From IMG/VR virus record IMGVR_UViG_2061766007_000649: 64,000 nt of DNA, one strand, 5' to 3'. Every line of letters starts with the position of its first letter. Position 1 is the stretch's first letter. Positions 8,557-17,484 of this stretch are shown one piece after another. This stretch comes from an uncultured virus (IMG/VR IMGVR_UViG_2061766007_000649) (Duplodnaviria > Heunggongvirae > Uroviricota > Caudoviricetes > Crassvirales). The notes under the pieces were generated by a model, which saw only the letters and a program-made list of their open reading frames with translations, searched no databases and was not told where the DNA came from. The translations under genes and the position numbers were made by a program.

Positions 8557-9368
8557 AGTATTCAATTGAACAATTAAGGGAACTGGTAAAGAAAGACAAT
8601 CAAATGCCTAAAATCTTAATCTTTGATATAGAGACTGCTCCTATGCAGGCTTTTGTGTGGAAGAGATATAAGGAGAATATTTCCCTAGAACAAACTATAT
8701 CAGAGAGTTATATGTTATGTTGGTCAGCCAAATGGCTATATAGTGAAGAGGTTCTAGGAGATACTCTGACCCCTATAGAAGCTATAGTTGAAAAGGATGA
8801 AAGGATTGTTAAGTCCTTATATAATCTAATTGAAGAAGCAGATATCATAGTTGCTTACAATGGAAGAAACTTTGATATTCCTTATATGAATCAGAGATTT
8901 CTAGTTTATGGCTTAGCTCCCTATACTCCAGTTCAAGTGGTTGACCCCTATGAAACTGCAAAACAAGTCTTTAGGTTCAGCTCCAATAAGATGGATAATA
9001 TTGCCACTCAATTAGGACTTCAAAATAAGATTAAAACAGACTTTTCTTTATGGAAGAACTGTGTTGAAGGAAATAAAGAAGCACTTGATGAAATGCTAAG
9101 ATATAATAAACAGGATGTAGTTGTTCTAGAAGAAATCTACTGCAGGATATTACCCTGGATTAAAAACCATCCTAACATTTCAAATTACTTCGATGATAAG
9201 GAAAGATGCACAAAATGTGGCTCTGAGAAAATAGTTAAACTGAAGAGATATTTTTATACTCCTTCTGGAAAATACGAGCTGTACAGATGCCAGAGTTGCG
9301 GGTCAATCTTTAGGGGTAAAAAGAATTTAAACAAAGAGACAGTTCCTTTTATTAATTGTTCACATTGA
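8553..9368 (+). CDS. RNase H-fold DEDD 3'-5' exonuclease with C-terminal Zn ribbon
   Basis: IFDIET, AYNGRNFDIPY, YNKQDV; CTKC...CQSC; ATGA overlap with upstream gene. Confidence 0.85.
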   Translation: MKYSIEQLRELVKKDNQMPKILIFDIETAPMQAFVWKRYKENISLEQTISESYMLCWSAKWLYSEEVLGDTLTPIEAIVEKDERIVKSLYNLIEEADIIVAYNGRNFDIPYMNQRFLVYGLAPYTPVQVVDPYETAKQVFRFSSNKMDNIATQLGLQNKIKTDFSLWKNCVEGNKEALDEMLRYNKQDVVVLEEIYCRILPWIKNHPNISNYFDDKERCTKCGSEKIVKLKRYFYTPSGKYELYRCQSCGSIFRGKKNLNKETVPFINCSH

Positions 9369-9372
9369 TATT

Positions 9373-9402
9373 AAAGCACCGGTTACTCCGGTGCTTTTTT
9401 AT
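9373..9402 (+). terminator. intrinsic terminator
   Basis: AAAGCACCGG-ttact-CCGGTGCTTTTTT. Confidence 0.8.
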
Positions 9403-9428
9403 TTTTATAAAGGATTTATTCAGGCCAC

Positions 9429-9461
9429 TTGCAAATGTCAAATATTTTACATATCTTTGCA
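9429..9461 (+). promoter_or_regulatory. Bacteroidota sigma-A-type promoter
   Basis: TTG (9429), N20, TATCTTTGCA (9452). Confidence 0.75.
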
Positions 9462-9699
9462 GTCACATATTTGAGTTAACTTTAGGGCTTTGAGTCCCCN
9501 NNNNNNNNNNNNNNNNNNNNNNNNNNNNNNNTTGGGGCTAGAGATAACTAAGAGAAGAACTAATAATATATAAACGCCTCAAAGAACTAAAGTTAGCTGC
9601 CTGAAACAAGAGCAACCCAGCCGATTCACAGGGAATTTCGGCAGGTCTCTTTATATCTTTTAAGTACTAATTTACTTTTATTTCACATATTAATGTATT

Positions 9700-12381
9700 A
9701 TGGCTAAAATTAGGAAAATTTATGATCAAACCATTAAGCCAGATGGTTCAAAAACAACGATTTATCCAATAACTTCTACACGCGCGGTGTACACCCCTGA
9801 GGGTGAGACACTGGATTCGTATTTGAAAGATGGATATTTCCACGGTGCTGACCTTGCTGGCTATAAAGTGGTTTTTAACGTCTATGAGCTTCCTACTACA
9901 GAAACTCCGTTTGGCTACCTTATGGACAGCAATCTTTATGTTTGGGTAGGGACTGGTGGTAATACTCTGGATGGGAAGTATCAAAATTGTGGTCCATTCA
10001 GGGGTCCAAAGGGTTTTGACGGTCTGGATGGAATTCCAGGTGAAAGAGGCTCTGCAGGTCTGCAGGGACCTAAAGGTGAAAAGGGTGACAAGGGTGATTC
10101 TGGTGTTGACCTAGGACAAGTTACTCTTACTACTGCCCTTGCTGAAACTGAAACAGGAAAAGCGCTTGATGCCTCTGTTGCTCAGTACAAGATTGGCTTT
10201 GTTGATGGTGAGCAGGAGATTGAGGATGTTCCTTCAAACTATTATAATAGACAGGAGGTAGACCAACAAATTGATGTTCTTCAGTCTCAAATTAATAGCA
10301 TTCATCCCAACATCGTTTATGGAGATGTAAATAATGTTCCAGATGAAGAAGATTTAACAACTGACAGTCACGGTCTTTTAAAGCTTAAAGACAGGGCTGG
10401 ACAGGATGGTATGGCATATTATATCCTTAGAAAGGATAAATCTTTTGCTGAGCAAGTTGTCCATACAAATGCTATCTATGAAATCAGATATGATTTTGAT
10501 TTGGACGGAGCAAGCGTTACCGTCCCCACGAATTGCGTGTTGAAATTTAATGGAGGAAGCGTTGTTAATGGAACCTTGGCGGGCCAACATACAAGCATGG
10601 ATGGCTCATTATATGACATTTTTGACAATGTTCTTATTACAGGGTCTTGGCTGGTTAGAGACATCTCCAGCGAAATGTTTGGAAGCGGGACGTCAGACGC
10701 CAAGATATATAAGAGCATTTCGTCGCTCATGAGCAGCAACTGCTACAACGAAGTTCTTATAAATAAGGATCTTACCATAACATTCACGCAGGATAACGAA
10801 AGTGCATTTGTTTTGCAATCCAACACAAAGTTTATCCTGAACTCAACCTTGACAGTTGCCACAAATGACTTCCCAAATTATAATGTAATTTATTGTATAG
10901 GCATAAACAACATTGAAATAACAGGTTCTGGGAAGATTTTGGGAGATAGCGCAACGCATGATTACACAACATATCAGCCGGCGCCGCCCAAAGTTAACAC
11001 CCACGAGTGGGGGCATGGTATCTTTTGCATAACGGTTCATAATGCAATTATTCGTGGTGTCACTGTGAAGAATTGCACCGGTGATGGTATTTGTCTGCTT
11101 GGCCCAAATAGCGGGACTTCTTGGGAAGACTCTGATAGCNNNNNNNNNNNNNNNNNNNNNNNNNNNNNNNNNNNNNNNNNNNNNNNNNNNNACAATCTCA
11201 CGCTTGGTTATGTTGATGATGTAATTGTAGATAACTGTCATATAATCAACTGTGGCGTCACGGCGGGAACTCCACCCATTGCAGGAATAGACATAGAACC
11301 GAATCAAAGAGTGGACGGATCAATCAAACAGAATGCGAAAAACATAACAATAAAGAACTGTTATATACAAAATAATGGCTCCGGCATTGATGTTCAGGGA
11401 CACAGATCCGACTTGTTTGAAAATATCAATGTCCTGAATTGCAGCGTGCAGTCTATCGTAATTGCGGGCAGCAATGTGAATATTGATGGCTGCCGAGACC
11501 TTGGGCTAATCACATTTGACGGAGCGTCCGGGAATGTAATAAGAAATAATACCATAAAGAATAGTTCCATAAAAGGATATGGCATTCTATTCTATGGCGG
11601 AGAGCACGACGGTGTAAATATTGATGGCTGCAGCATTATTGCTAATCCCACCAGTTCTGGGTACTATGAAGGGCTGGTTGCGATCAATAGCTACGGAGGC
11701 GGAGACAGCACCCTGGTATTCCCTCCCAGAAATGTATCAGTAAAGAATTGTTATATATATATTCCGGAAACATATAGCAGCTCCTACTATCTGACAAAAT
11801 TAAGTGTTAGAAATAGAGGATTTGTATTTAATAATTGCACCATTGACGTTCCAAATAGAATTGTTCTTGGAGGACAGGTTTTCATGAACTGTAACATAAA
11901 GTGTGAGTACTTTGGTCATGCCCTTGATCTATATTCCGGAACCTACCCTGACACTTTAGAAAACTGTATCATTACCTCGTCGGATTCCTCCTACTTAATA
12001 TATAGAGATGTCTCGAGTGATGCAAAAGAAGGAGTATTGGATAATGCAACGTGTCTTAAATTAGTTAGATGTAAAATAAATAAACCCAGCTCCGCGCTAC
12101 TAATATCAGAAACCGCATCTTGGGCCGCGGAGTCTTTTATCGTAAAAGGCAACACCATGTCCGTGCTTGGAGATAATTCAAAAGGAATACAAAGCAGAAT
12201 GACGGGCTCGAATTCAGATATTGGAGACAATAACTATGTCGGAGTCCCCATTGCGGCAAGGGCCAATGTGGTTTTATCTTCAACGCATCCAGCGGTCAAT
12301 ATCTTTGATAGCACCTCCGGAAAACCTATTTGGTGGAACGGTACAAATTGGGTGGACGCTTCCGGAACGGAGGTAGAATAG
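9700..12381 (+). CDS. tail fibre/tailspike with collagen-like segment and parallel beta-helix (pectate lyase-like) domain
   Basis: Gly-X-Y run GPKGFDGLDGIPGERG...GEKGDKGD; HEWGHGI, NCTGDGI, AGIDIEPN, repeated IxNC beta-helix rungs. Confidence 0.85.
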   Translation: MAKIRKIYDQTIKPDGSKTTIYPITSTRAVYTPEGETLDSYLKDGYFHGADLAGYKVVFNVYELPTTETPFGYLMDSNLYVWVGTGGNTLDGKYQNCGPFRGPKGFDGLDGIPGERGSAGLQGPKGEKGDKGDSGVDLGQVTLTTALAETETGKALDASVAQYKIGFVDGEQEIEDVPSNYYNRQEVDQQIDVLQSQINSIHPNIVYGDVNNVPDEEDLTTDSHGLLKLKDRAGQDGMAYYILRKDKSFAEQVVHTNAIYEIRYDFDLDGASVTVPTNCVLKFNGGSVVNGTLAGQHTSMDGSLYDIFDNVLITGSWLVRDISSEMFGSGTSDAKIYKSISSLMSSNCYNEVLINKDLTITFTQDNESAFVLQSNTKFILNSTLTVATNDFPNYNVIYCIGINNIEITGSGKILGDSATHDYTTYQPAPPKVNTHEWGHGIFCITVHNAIIRGVTVKNCTGDGICLLGPNSGTSWEDSDSXXXXXXXXXXXXXXXXXXNLTLGYVDDVIVDNCHIINCGVTAGTPPIAGIDIEPNQRVDGSIKQNAKNITIKNCYIQNNGSGIDVQGHRSDLFENINVLNCSVQSIVIAGSNVNIDGCRDLGLITFDGASGNVIRNNTIKNSSIKGYGILFYGGEHDGVNIDGCSIIANPTSSGYYEGLVAINSYGGGDSTLVFPPRNVSVKNCYIYIPETYSSSYYLTKLSVRNRGFVFNNCTIDVPNRIVLGGQVFMNCNIKCEYFGHALDLYSGTYPDTLENCIITSSDSSYLIYRDVSSDAKEGVLDNATCLKLVRCKINKPSSALLISETASWAAESFIVKGNTMSVLGDNSKGIQSRMTGSNSDIGDNNYVGVPIAARANVVLSSTHPAVNIFDSTSGKPIWWNGTNWVDASGTEVE

Positions 12382-12416
12382 AACCTGATGTAGACACAAA
12401 ATAATAAAACAATAAT

Positions 12417-14214
12417 ATGGCAAAAATAATTACATTAAAAGACCACAAGACAAACGAGCTGGCTTACCCACAGACAGTATCTGATGCTGTTTATATGGAT
12501 AATGGTTCTACTCTTGAACAATATAAGGAAAGTGTCTCTAGACAATTTGCAAATTACCCTAATGTTACAGTTACTGGAACTGTTACTAATCTACCTGATA
12601 ATGAGGATATTAGAGAAACAGAGCAACATACTCTTCAACTCGCTGATAGAAACAGTCTTGAAGGGATGGGCTATGTCATTCTTCGCAAAAACAAGTCCTT
12701 CGCAGAACAGGTCATCTACGATAATACTATCTATGAGGTCCGTTACGACTTCGATCTTGGCGGGACAAGTGTGACTATTCCGGCTGGTTGTGTGCTGAAA
12801 TTCAACGGAGGGATTTTGAGTAATGGAGGTATGAGGTTGAATGGGTGCGAGATTGTAGCCGATGGAACTGTCTTTGANNNNNNNNNNNNNNNNNAGTTGC
12901 ACTGCATGCTAAATGGTTTTCTTCATCATCTGATAGCGATTTGCTTGCCATGCTTATCAATGCCGTAGGGAAAAGCGGCCGTCTTGTTATTGACAGGAGT
13001 TTTTATCTGACAAAACGAGTTGTCTCTGGAAACGGCCTTGAAGGATTATCCAACATGACGATTGAGTCTCCCGCTGAATATTATGGTAAGCATAATATCT
13101 ATATCGATTTCATTCCATCGCCCGGCGACTCCCCAATAGTCCTGTACGTCCAGGGCTGCTTGTTCAAAGGCCTGTCCTTATATGATAACAATGATCCGGT
13201 TTTCACATCGCGTGGCGATGAGGCCGTTTTGGAACTGCGTCCAAGCTATCTTGATGGGGCGGAAGGCGATGTCGATATTGAGGGTTGCAAGATTCACAAC
13301 AAAGCATTCACGAACCATTTGATGGTGGTCGGCAGGGGATACAGAATAATGAATTGCGCTTTTTCCGGAAATGGGACTATCAATGAGGGTGTTATAAAAT
13401 GCGTTGGGAAGACAAATGACGAAGGAAGCTCCGAACAGCCATGGGATTATCCGTCCGTTTCTATGAGAAGGCTGACGATTCTGAACAATACCTGCCACAN
13501 NNNNNNNNNNNNNNNNNNNNNNNNNATAACCCAAGATCCCGACAATGTAGATACGGCATTCCTAAATGTTTCTATCAGCAACAACACCACAGACAACGGA
13601 TGCAGAATTATAAAGACTAATTCAATAATACGCGGGCTGAATGTCTGCAATAACACTTTTCTGTCGAAGCAGGGGCGGGTGAACGTTGGTGATAGAAGTT
13701 TTCTGTCANNNNNNNNNNNNNTCGATTTACGGATTGAATTTTTCCAATAATGTCATCAATGTCAACGATCACTATCCAAGTGGATTTGAGAAGAATGTTG
13801 AGAACTTGATGGCTTTTGTGGGCGGCGACAGCATTGTATATAAGAATATTGTTATTCATGGCAACAATATGAATACAAACTCTGCCGGAGCCTTCATCTG
13901 CGTCACGAACAATGCTGATATTGACGGGCTCCAGATTACAAATAATAACCTCGGTGAAGATTTCTTTGTGAATAACTCCTTTTTCGGAGGCGCGAAGTGC
14001 ATTCTCTATCTTCCTACGAATAACGCGTCGCATTCTATCAAGAATCTCGCAATCGCAGACAATACAAGTTCTACATTNNNNNNNNNNNNNNNNNNNTGGT
14101 ACATTGGATTTGACAAATGCTTGGATCGTAGGGAATATGTTCAGCTCAAACGAAATCACCAATTTAACCGTGACTAAAACAAACGTCGTATTGCAAGCCG
14201 ACTTGGTAAATTAG
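12417..14214 (+). CDS. second tailspike (beta-helix), one gene broken by N-gaps
   Basis: fragments 12417-, 12941- and 13686- change frame only at gaps; ends ...TKTNVVLQADLVN-TAG; shares N-proximal domain with upstream gene. Confidence 0.75.
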
Positions 14215-14292
14215 TCTTGACATTATAGAATACAATGAACAATACTTATCCTATCGGAACCCCTTTGACTTTTGTTAGGATTTAAATAATTT

Positions 14293-14322
14293 AAAGACAC
14301 AGATTTTTATCTGTGTCTTTTT
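14293..14322 (+). terminator. intrinsic terminator
   Basis: AAAGACACAGAT-tttt-ATCTGTGTCTTTTT. Confidence 0.75.
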
Positions 14323-14427
14323 ATTTTGATTTATCACAAATTTTTCATATATNNNNNNNNNNNNNNNNNNNNNNNNNNNNNNNNNNNNNNNNNNNNNNNN
14401 NNNNNNNNNNNNNNNNNNNNNNNNNNN

Positions 14428-15107
14428 CAGTAAATTCTGGTATTACTGACTTAAGGACTATTAGAGATGTCTATAATAGTTATGCTGAAGGTGGCCCTAT
14501 TGAGGATGAGTTTGTGGGACCTCCAGCACCCTATATTCCTTCTGATAGCATCAAGAATTATATTAAAGGAGCGGAGGCATTTAGAAGTAATTGGTATAAA
14601 GANNNNNNNNNNNNNNNNNNNNNNNNNNNNNNNNNNNNNNNNNNNNNNNNNNNNNNNNNNNNNNNNNNNNNNNNNNCAGATGATTACTTTGATGGTCTTG
14701 TAACTAGATTTGCTAGAAGAATGTCACAGCTTACTCCAAACATTGACAGACTTACACAAAATCAGAAGGATGCCCTTTTCAGCTACTTTTATAATATAGG
14801 CGAGGGAACCTATTCAAGGAAGAGCCCTAAGATGCAGAAGGCCCTACAAGATATGGATTGGGATGCTGTGATTCAAAACATTGATGCTGGGTATAATGAT
14901 AAAAAGAATCCGGGATTGAGGAAAAGAAGAGACTATGAAAGAGCACTGTTTGAAATGGATATTCCTCGTCCTCTACAGCCTATTCCTCCAGCAGTTAATA
15001 GAGAACCCCTGTATAATCCAACAATTAGCAGATTTAATACTACTATTCCTTTTAAAAATGGCAAAGAAGAGGTATTTAACCCCTTTATGTTTAGTCTTAA
15101 ACCCTAA
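14428..15107 (+). CDS. GH24 phage lysozyme (start hidden in gap)
   Basis: IKGAEAFR catalytic Glu, LTQNQKDALFSYFYNIG, GLRKRRDYERALF. Confidence 0.85.
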
Positions 15108-15132
15108 TTGTTAAAATTTTTTCAGGTTTTTC

Positions 15133-15165
15133 TTGCATAATTAAAATATTTGACTTATCTTTGCA
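15133..15165 (+). promoter_or_regulatory. Bacteroidota sigma-A-type promoter
   Basis: TTG (15133), N20, TATCTTTGCA (15156). Confidence 0.75.
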
Positions 15166-15184
15166 GTACAATAAAACAAAAGAA

Positions 15185-15478
15185 ATGGAGAAGAAGTATT
15201 GGTTTATTTTTGCAGCCGTTGTGCTGTTCTTTGGAGGAGCAATTTGGGCAAGTGAGGCCCCTGACTGGACCACACTTGCTATTTTGTTTGCTGAAGCTGG
15301 TGGTTTTGCATTAGGTTATTTCTTTAACAAGAGTGCCAATCAGGTTAAGATGGCAGTTGCTGAAGAGAATCAGCTTATGCTAAACAAGGAGATTGCCAGT
15401 CTTAAGGATGCTCTTAAGAAGCTTAAGGAAGAAAAGACTGAGAAGGCTCCTAAGGCAACAAAGAAAAATAAGGAGTAA
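15185..15478 (+). CDS. two-TM membrane protein with coiled-coil basic tail (holin candidate)
   Basis: two hydrophobic segments, Lys-rich C-terminus; follows lysozyme. Confidence 0.65.
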   Translation: MEKKYWFIFAAVVLFFGGAIWASEAPDWTTLAILFAEAGGFALGYFFNKSANQVKMAVAEENQLMLNKEIASLKDALKKLKEEKTEKAPKATKKNKE

Positions 15479-15491
15479 TAACTCCTTATAT

Positions 15492-15563
15492 TGAAGGATC
15501 GTCCAATGGTTAGGACTCAAGTTTTTGGCACTTGCAATCCCTGTTCGACCCAGGGCCCTTCNN
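15492..15563 (+). tRNA. tRNA-Gln(TTG)
   Basis: D arm GTCC/GGAC, anticodon arm CAAGT-TT TTG GC-ACTTG, TTCGA T loop; last bases in gap. Confidence 0.88.
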
Positions 15564-15619
15564 NNNNNNNNNNNNNNNNNNNNNNNNNNNNNNNGGGTTC
15601 AACTCCTACAAGGGGCTCA
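15562..15619 (+). tRNA. partial tRNA, anticodon masked (U73 suggests Cys or Gly)
   Basis: only GGGTTCAACTCCTAC plus acceptor 3' strand AAGGGGC-T is visible. Confidence 0.55.
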
Positions 15620-15620
15620 A

Positions 15621-15705
15621 GGAGAGTAAACCTGCTGGGAGCAGGGACTGCCTGCTAAGCAGCTTGTTCAATTATTTGGATGTGGGTCGGGACCACTGCT
15701 CTCCG
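15621..15705 (+). tRNA. tRNA-Ser(GCT), 8/4 fold
   Basis: acceptor GGAGAGTA/TGCTCTCC 8 bp, T stem GTGG/CCAC 4 bp, D stem CCTGCT/AGCAGG, loop CT GCT AA, long V arm, G73. Confidence 0.8.
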
Positions 15706-15708
15706 CAT

Positions 15709-15794
15709 GGAAGATCAACCAGAACGGCTTCTGGGCTTGTCTTGAAAACAATGCGTACTTTGATAGGTATAGGGATCGACACCTTGGTCTTCCG
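15709..15794 (+). tRNA. tRNA-Ser(TGA), 8/4 fold
   Basis: acceptor GGAAGATC/GGTCTTCC 8 bp, T stem AGGG/CCTT 4 bp, D stem CCAGAA/TTCTGG with 4-nt loop, loop CT TGA AA, G73. Confidence 0.82.
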
Positions 15795-15796
15795 CT

Positions 15797-15979
15797 ATGG
15801 GAATTAAAAAGATAACAATAGAATTTGATGAGGAATGGCAAGCGCCATACAATTTAACAGAACCAAAGAGCAATGATCCTTGTGAGTTCTGTAACAATAA
15901 TCCAAAGAATAATCCATATGCTTCTGGTTTTTGTAGTTGTGCTTTGCCCTACTTGGTTGGAAAGAAAGTAATATATTGA
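15797..15979 (+). CDS. small Cys-rich protein within tRNA cluster
   Basis: 60 aa with CEFC...CSC. Confidence 0.6.
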   Translation: MGIKKITIEFDEEWQAPYNLTEPKSNDPCEFCNNNPKNNPYASGFCSCALPYLVGKKVIY

Positions 15980-16063
15980 GGTAGTAGCAATTAAAACACC
16001 GGGCTGCCTAAATGGTGGGAAGTACGGATAGTTCTAGGTAATCAATCCTAGCCTCAATGCCCT

Positions 16064-16136
16064 CTAGATGTTGTACAGTTGGCAGTATGCTTGATTTGGG
16101 TTCAAGTGGTCGCAAGTTCGAGTCTTGCCATCTAGA
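16064..16136 (+). tRNA. tRNA-Pro(TGG)
   Basis: CTAGATG/CATCTAG, CTTGA-TT TGG GT-TCAAG, GCAAG-TTCGAGT-CTTGC. Confidence 0.92.
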
Positions 16137-16212
16137 CTAACTAGAAACGCTAGTTTACCATAATTGTTAAACCCAGTTTTCGCACTACACTGGCTAAAGA
16201 AAGTGCCATTTT

Positions 16213-16285
16213 GCCCCTGTAGTTCAATGGATAGTAACAAAGGTCTTCTAAACCTTAAATATGTGTTCGATTCACATCGGGGGTA
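16213..16285 (+). tRNA. tRNA-Arg(TCT)
   Basis: GCCCCTG/CGGGGGT, AAGGT-CT TCT AA-ACCTT, ATGTG-TTCGATT-CACAT. Confidence 0.92.
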
Positions 16286-16290
16286 CTAAT

Positions 16291-16602
16291 ATGGAACAGA
16301 AGAAGTTTAAAATTTTTGGAGAACCGTGGGAGATTAAATGGATTGACTGCATTAGAAATCCAGAGGATCGTGATATGTGGAGGTTTGGTGAAACTGATAC
16401 CGGTGAGCACCTTATTAGAATCTCTACTCAAACTATTAAAGGTAAGCCCATTAAGGCCAGAAGCCAAGAAGTTACAAAGATGCACGAGCTACTACATGCC
16501 ATCCTAGATGAGGGACAGTTTCTTGATGAGGCTGTTAATGAGCCTCTTGTGGAGTGGATAGCCAAATGCCTAGTTTCCTTGAAAGAACAAAAGATGCTAT
16601 AA
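16291..16602 (+). CDS. small zincin-like metallopeptidase
   Basis: HELLH motif with downstream Glu (NEPLVE). Confidence 0.7.
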   Translation: MEQKKFKIFGEPWEIKWIDCIRNPEDRDMWRFGETDTGEHLIRISTQTIKGKPIKARSQEVTKMHELLHAILDEGQFLDEAVNEPLVEWIAKCLVSLKEQKML

Positions 16603-16603
16603 T

Positions 16604-16747
16604 ATGGAAGATAAGAAGTTTAAAGTAGAGTCTTTTATGAAGATATCTGAGTTAGTCAAGTTTATGAACACAAAGAGACTAACTAAAGAGGATATAATAA
16701 GCACTCTTCTAAAAGATGATTTTGTATATTTAATTTATATTGACTAA
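16604..16747 (+). CDS. small hypothetical protein (47 aa)
   Basis: MEDKKFKVESF...LIYID*; stop overlaps next ATG. Confidence 0.5.
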   Translation: MEDKKFKVESFMKISELVKFMNTKRLTKEDIISTLLKDDFVYLIYID

Positions 16748-17046
16748 TGGAAGAGCAGGAGAAGAACCCACATGTGATGACTGAGGAAGAGTTTGAGTCC
16801 CATCTTCACAACACTTTGAACCTAGTTACCTTTGAGGCTGTCAGGCGATTTAAATCCGTATTGAGGGCATTCAGAAGGGGTAGGGTTACTAATTATGGAT
16901 ATGTTGTGCCTAACAGGGCTTTCCATAACAGAAAGAACACTTGTAAGAGAAGGGGCAGACATAGCAGGGCTAATAATGAATTTAAGAAGAGACTTTATGC
17001 AGAGTACAAAAGACACAACAAACATTCTCTGGGAGAGCGAATTTAA
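16747..17046 (+). CDS. basic hypothetical protein
   Basis: 99 aa, Arg/Lys-rich. Confidence 0.65.
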   Translation: MEEQEKNPHVMTEEEFESHLHNTLNLVTFEAVRRFKSVLRAFRRGRVTNYGYVVPNRAFHNRKNTCKRRGRHSRANNEFKKRLYAEYKRHNKHSLGERI

Positions 17047-17209
17047 CGATGAACCTGTATACTACTGCCCGCACTGTCTCTCACTTAAAATAAAGGTCTT
17101 AGACCAGTTTGTAGATTACTGTGACGATTGTGGTTGTACAGATGTAGAAACTACAGACATATTTACTTGGAGAAGTATGTATAAGAAAAGATTTGGTAAG
17201 GAATTTTAA
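16997..17209 (+). CDS. Zn-ribbon protein
   Basis: CPHC...CDDC. Confidence 0.7.
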   Translation: MQSTKDTTNILWESEFNDEPVYYCPHCLSLKIKVLDQFVDYCDDCGCTDVETTDIFTWRSMYKKRFGKEF

Positions 17210-17220
17210 ATTATATTATA

Positions 17221-17484
17221 ATGGAAAAGAAAGAAGTTACAAAAGAGAAGCTCACTTATGAAGAGCTTAACAATGTTTGCCATCAGCTGAGTGAGCAGTC
17301 CAGAACTCTATACCAGCAGCTTCAGGAGGCCAATTTAACAAATGCCTTCCGCAGACTTGATTATCTTTTTGCTGTGCTTGACAAGCATGAGTTCTTTGAG
17401 GATTCATTTGTTGAGAAATGTGCCGCTGAGATAGTTAATATGATTACTATCCCCGAGACAAAACCTGAAGAGGAGGAAAAGTAA
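17221..17484 (+). CDS. hypothetical helical protein
   Basis: 87-aa ORF directly abutting next gene. Confidence 0.75.
   Translation: MEKKEVTKEKLTYEELNNVCHQLSEQSRTLYQQLQEANLTNAFRRLDYLFAVLDKHEFFEDSFVEKCAAEIVNMITIPETKPEEEEK

Noticed and set aside
9700..14214. Diversity-generating retroelement acting on fibre genes
   Set aside because: No reverse transcriptase and no adenine-specific TR/VR pair seen in this window; the shared segment is diverged at all bases
14160..14215. SAM-II riboswitch-like words (ATTTAACCG, CGTATTGCAAGC)
   Set aside because: They lie in the coding C-terminus of the tailspike and lack the enclosing stem
15709..15794. tRNA-Sec or opal suppressor
   Set aside because: The anticodon is TGA (reads UCA, Ser), not TCA; only the D arm is Sec-like
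16136..16212. HDV-like theta ribozyme downstream of a tRNA
   Set aside because: Could not build the nested double pseudoknot starting at a tRNA 3' end
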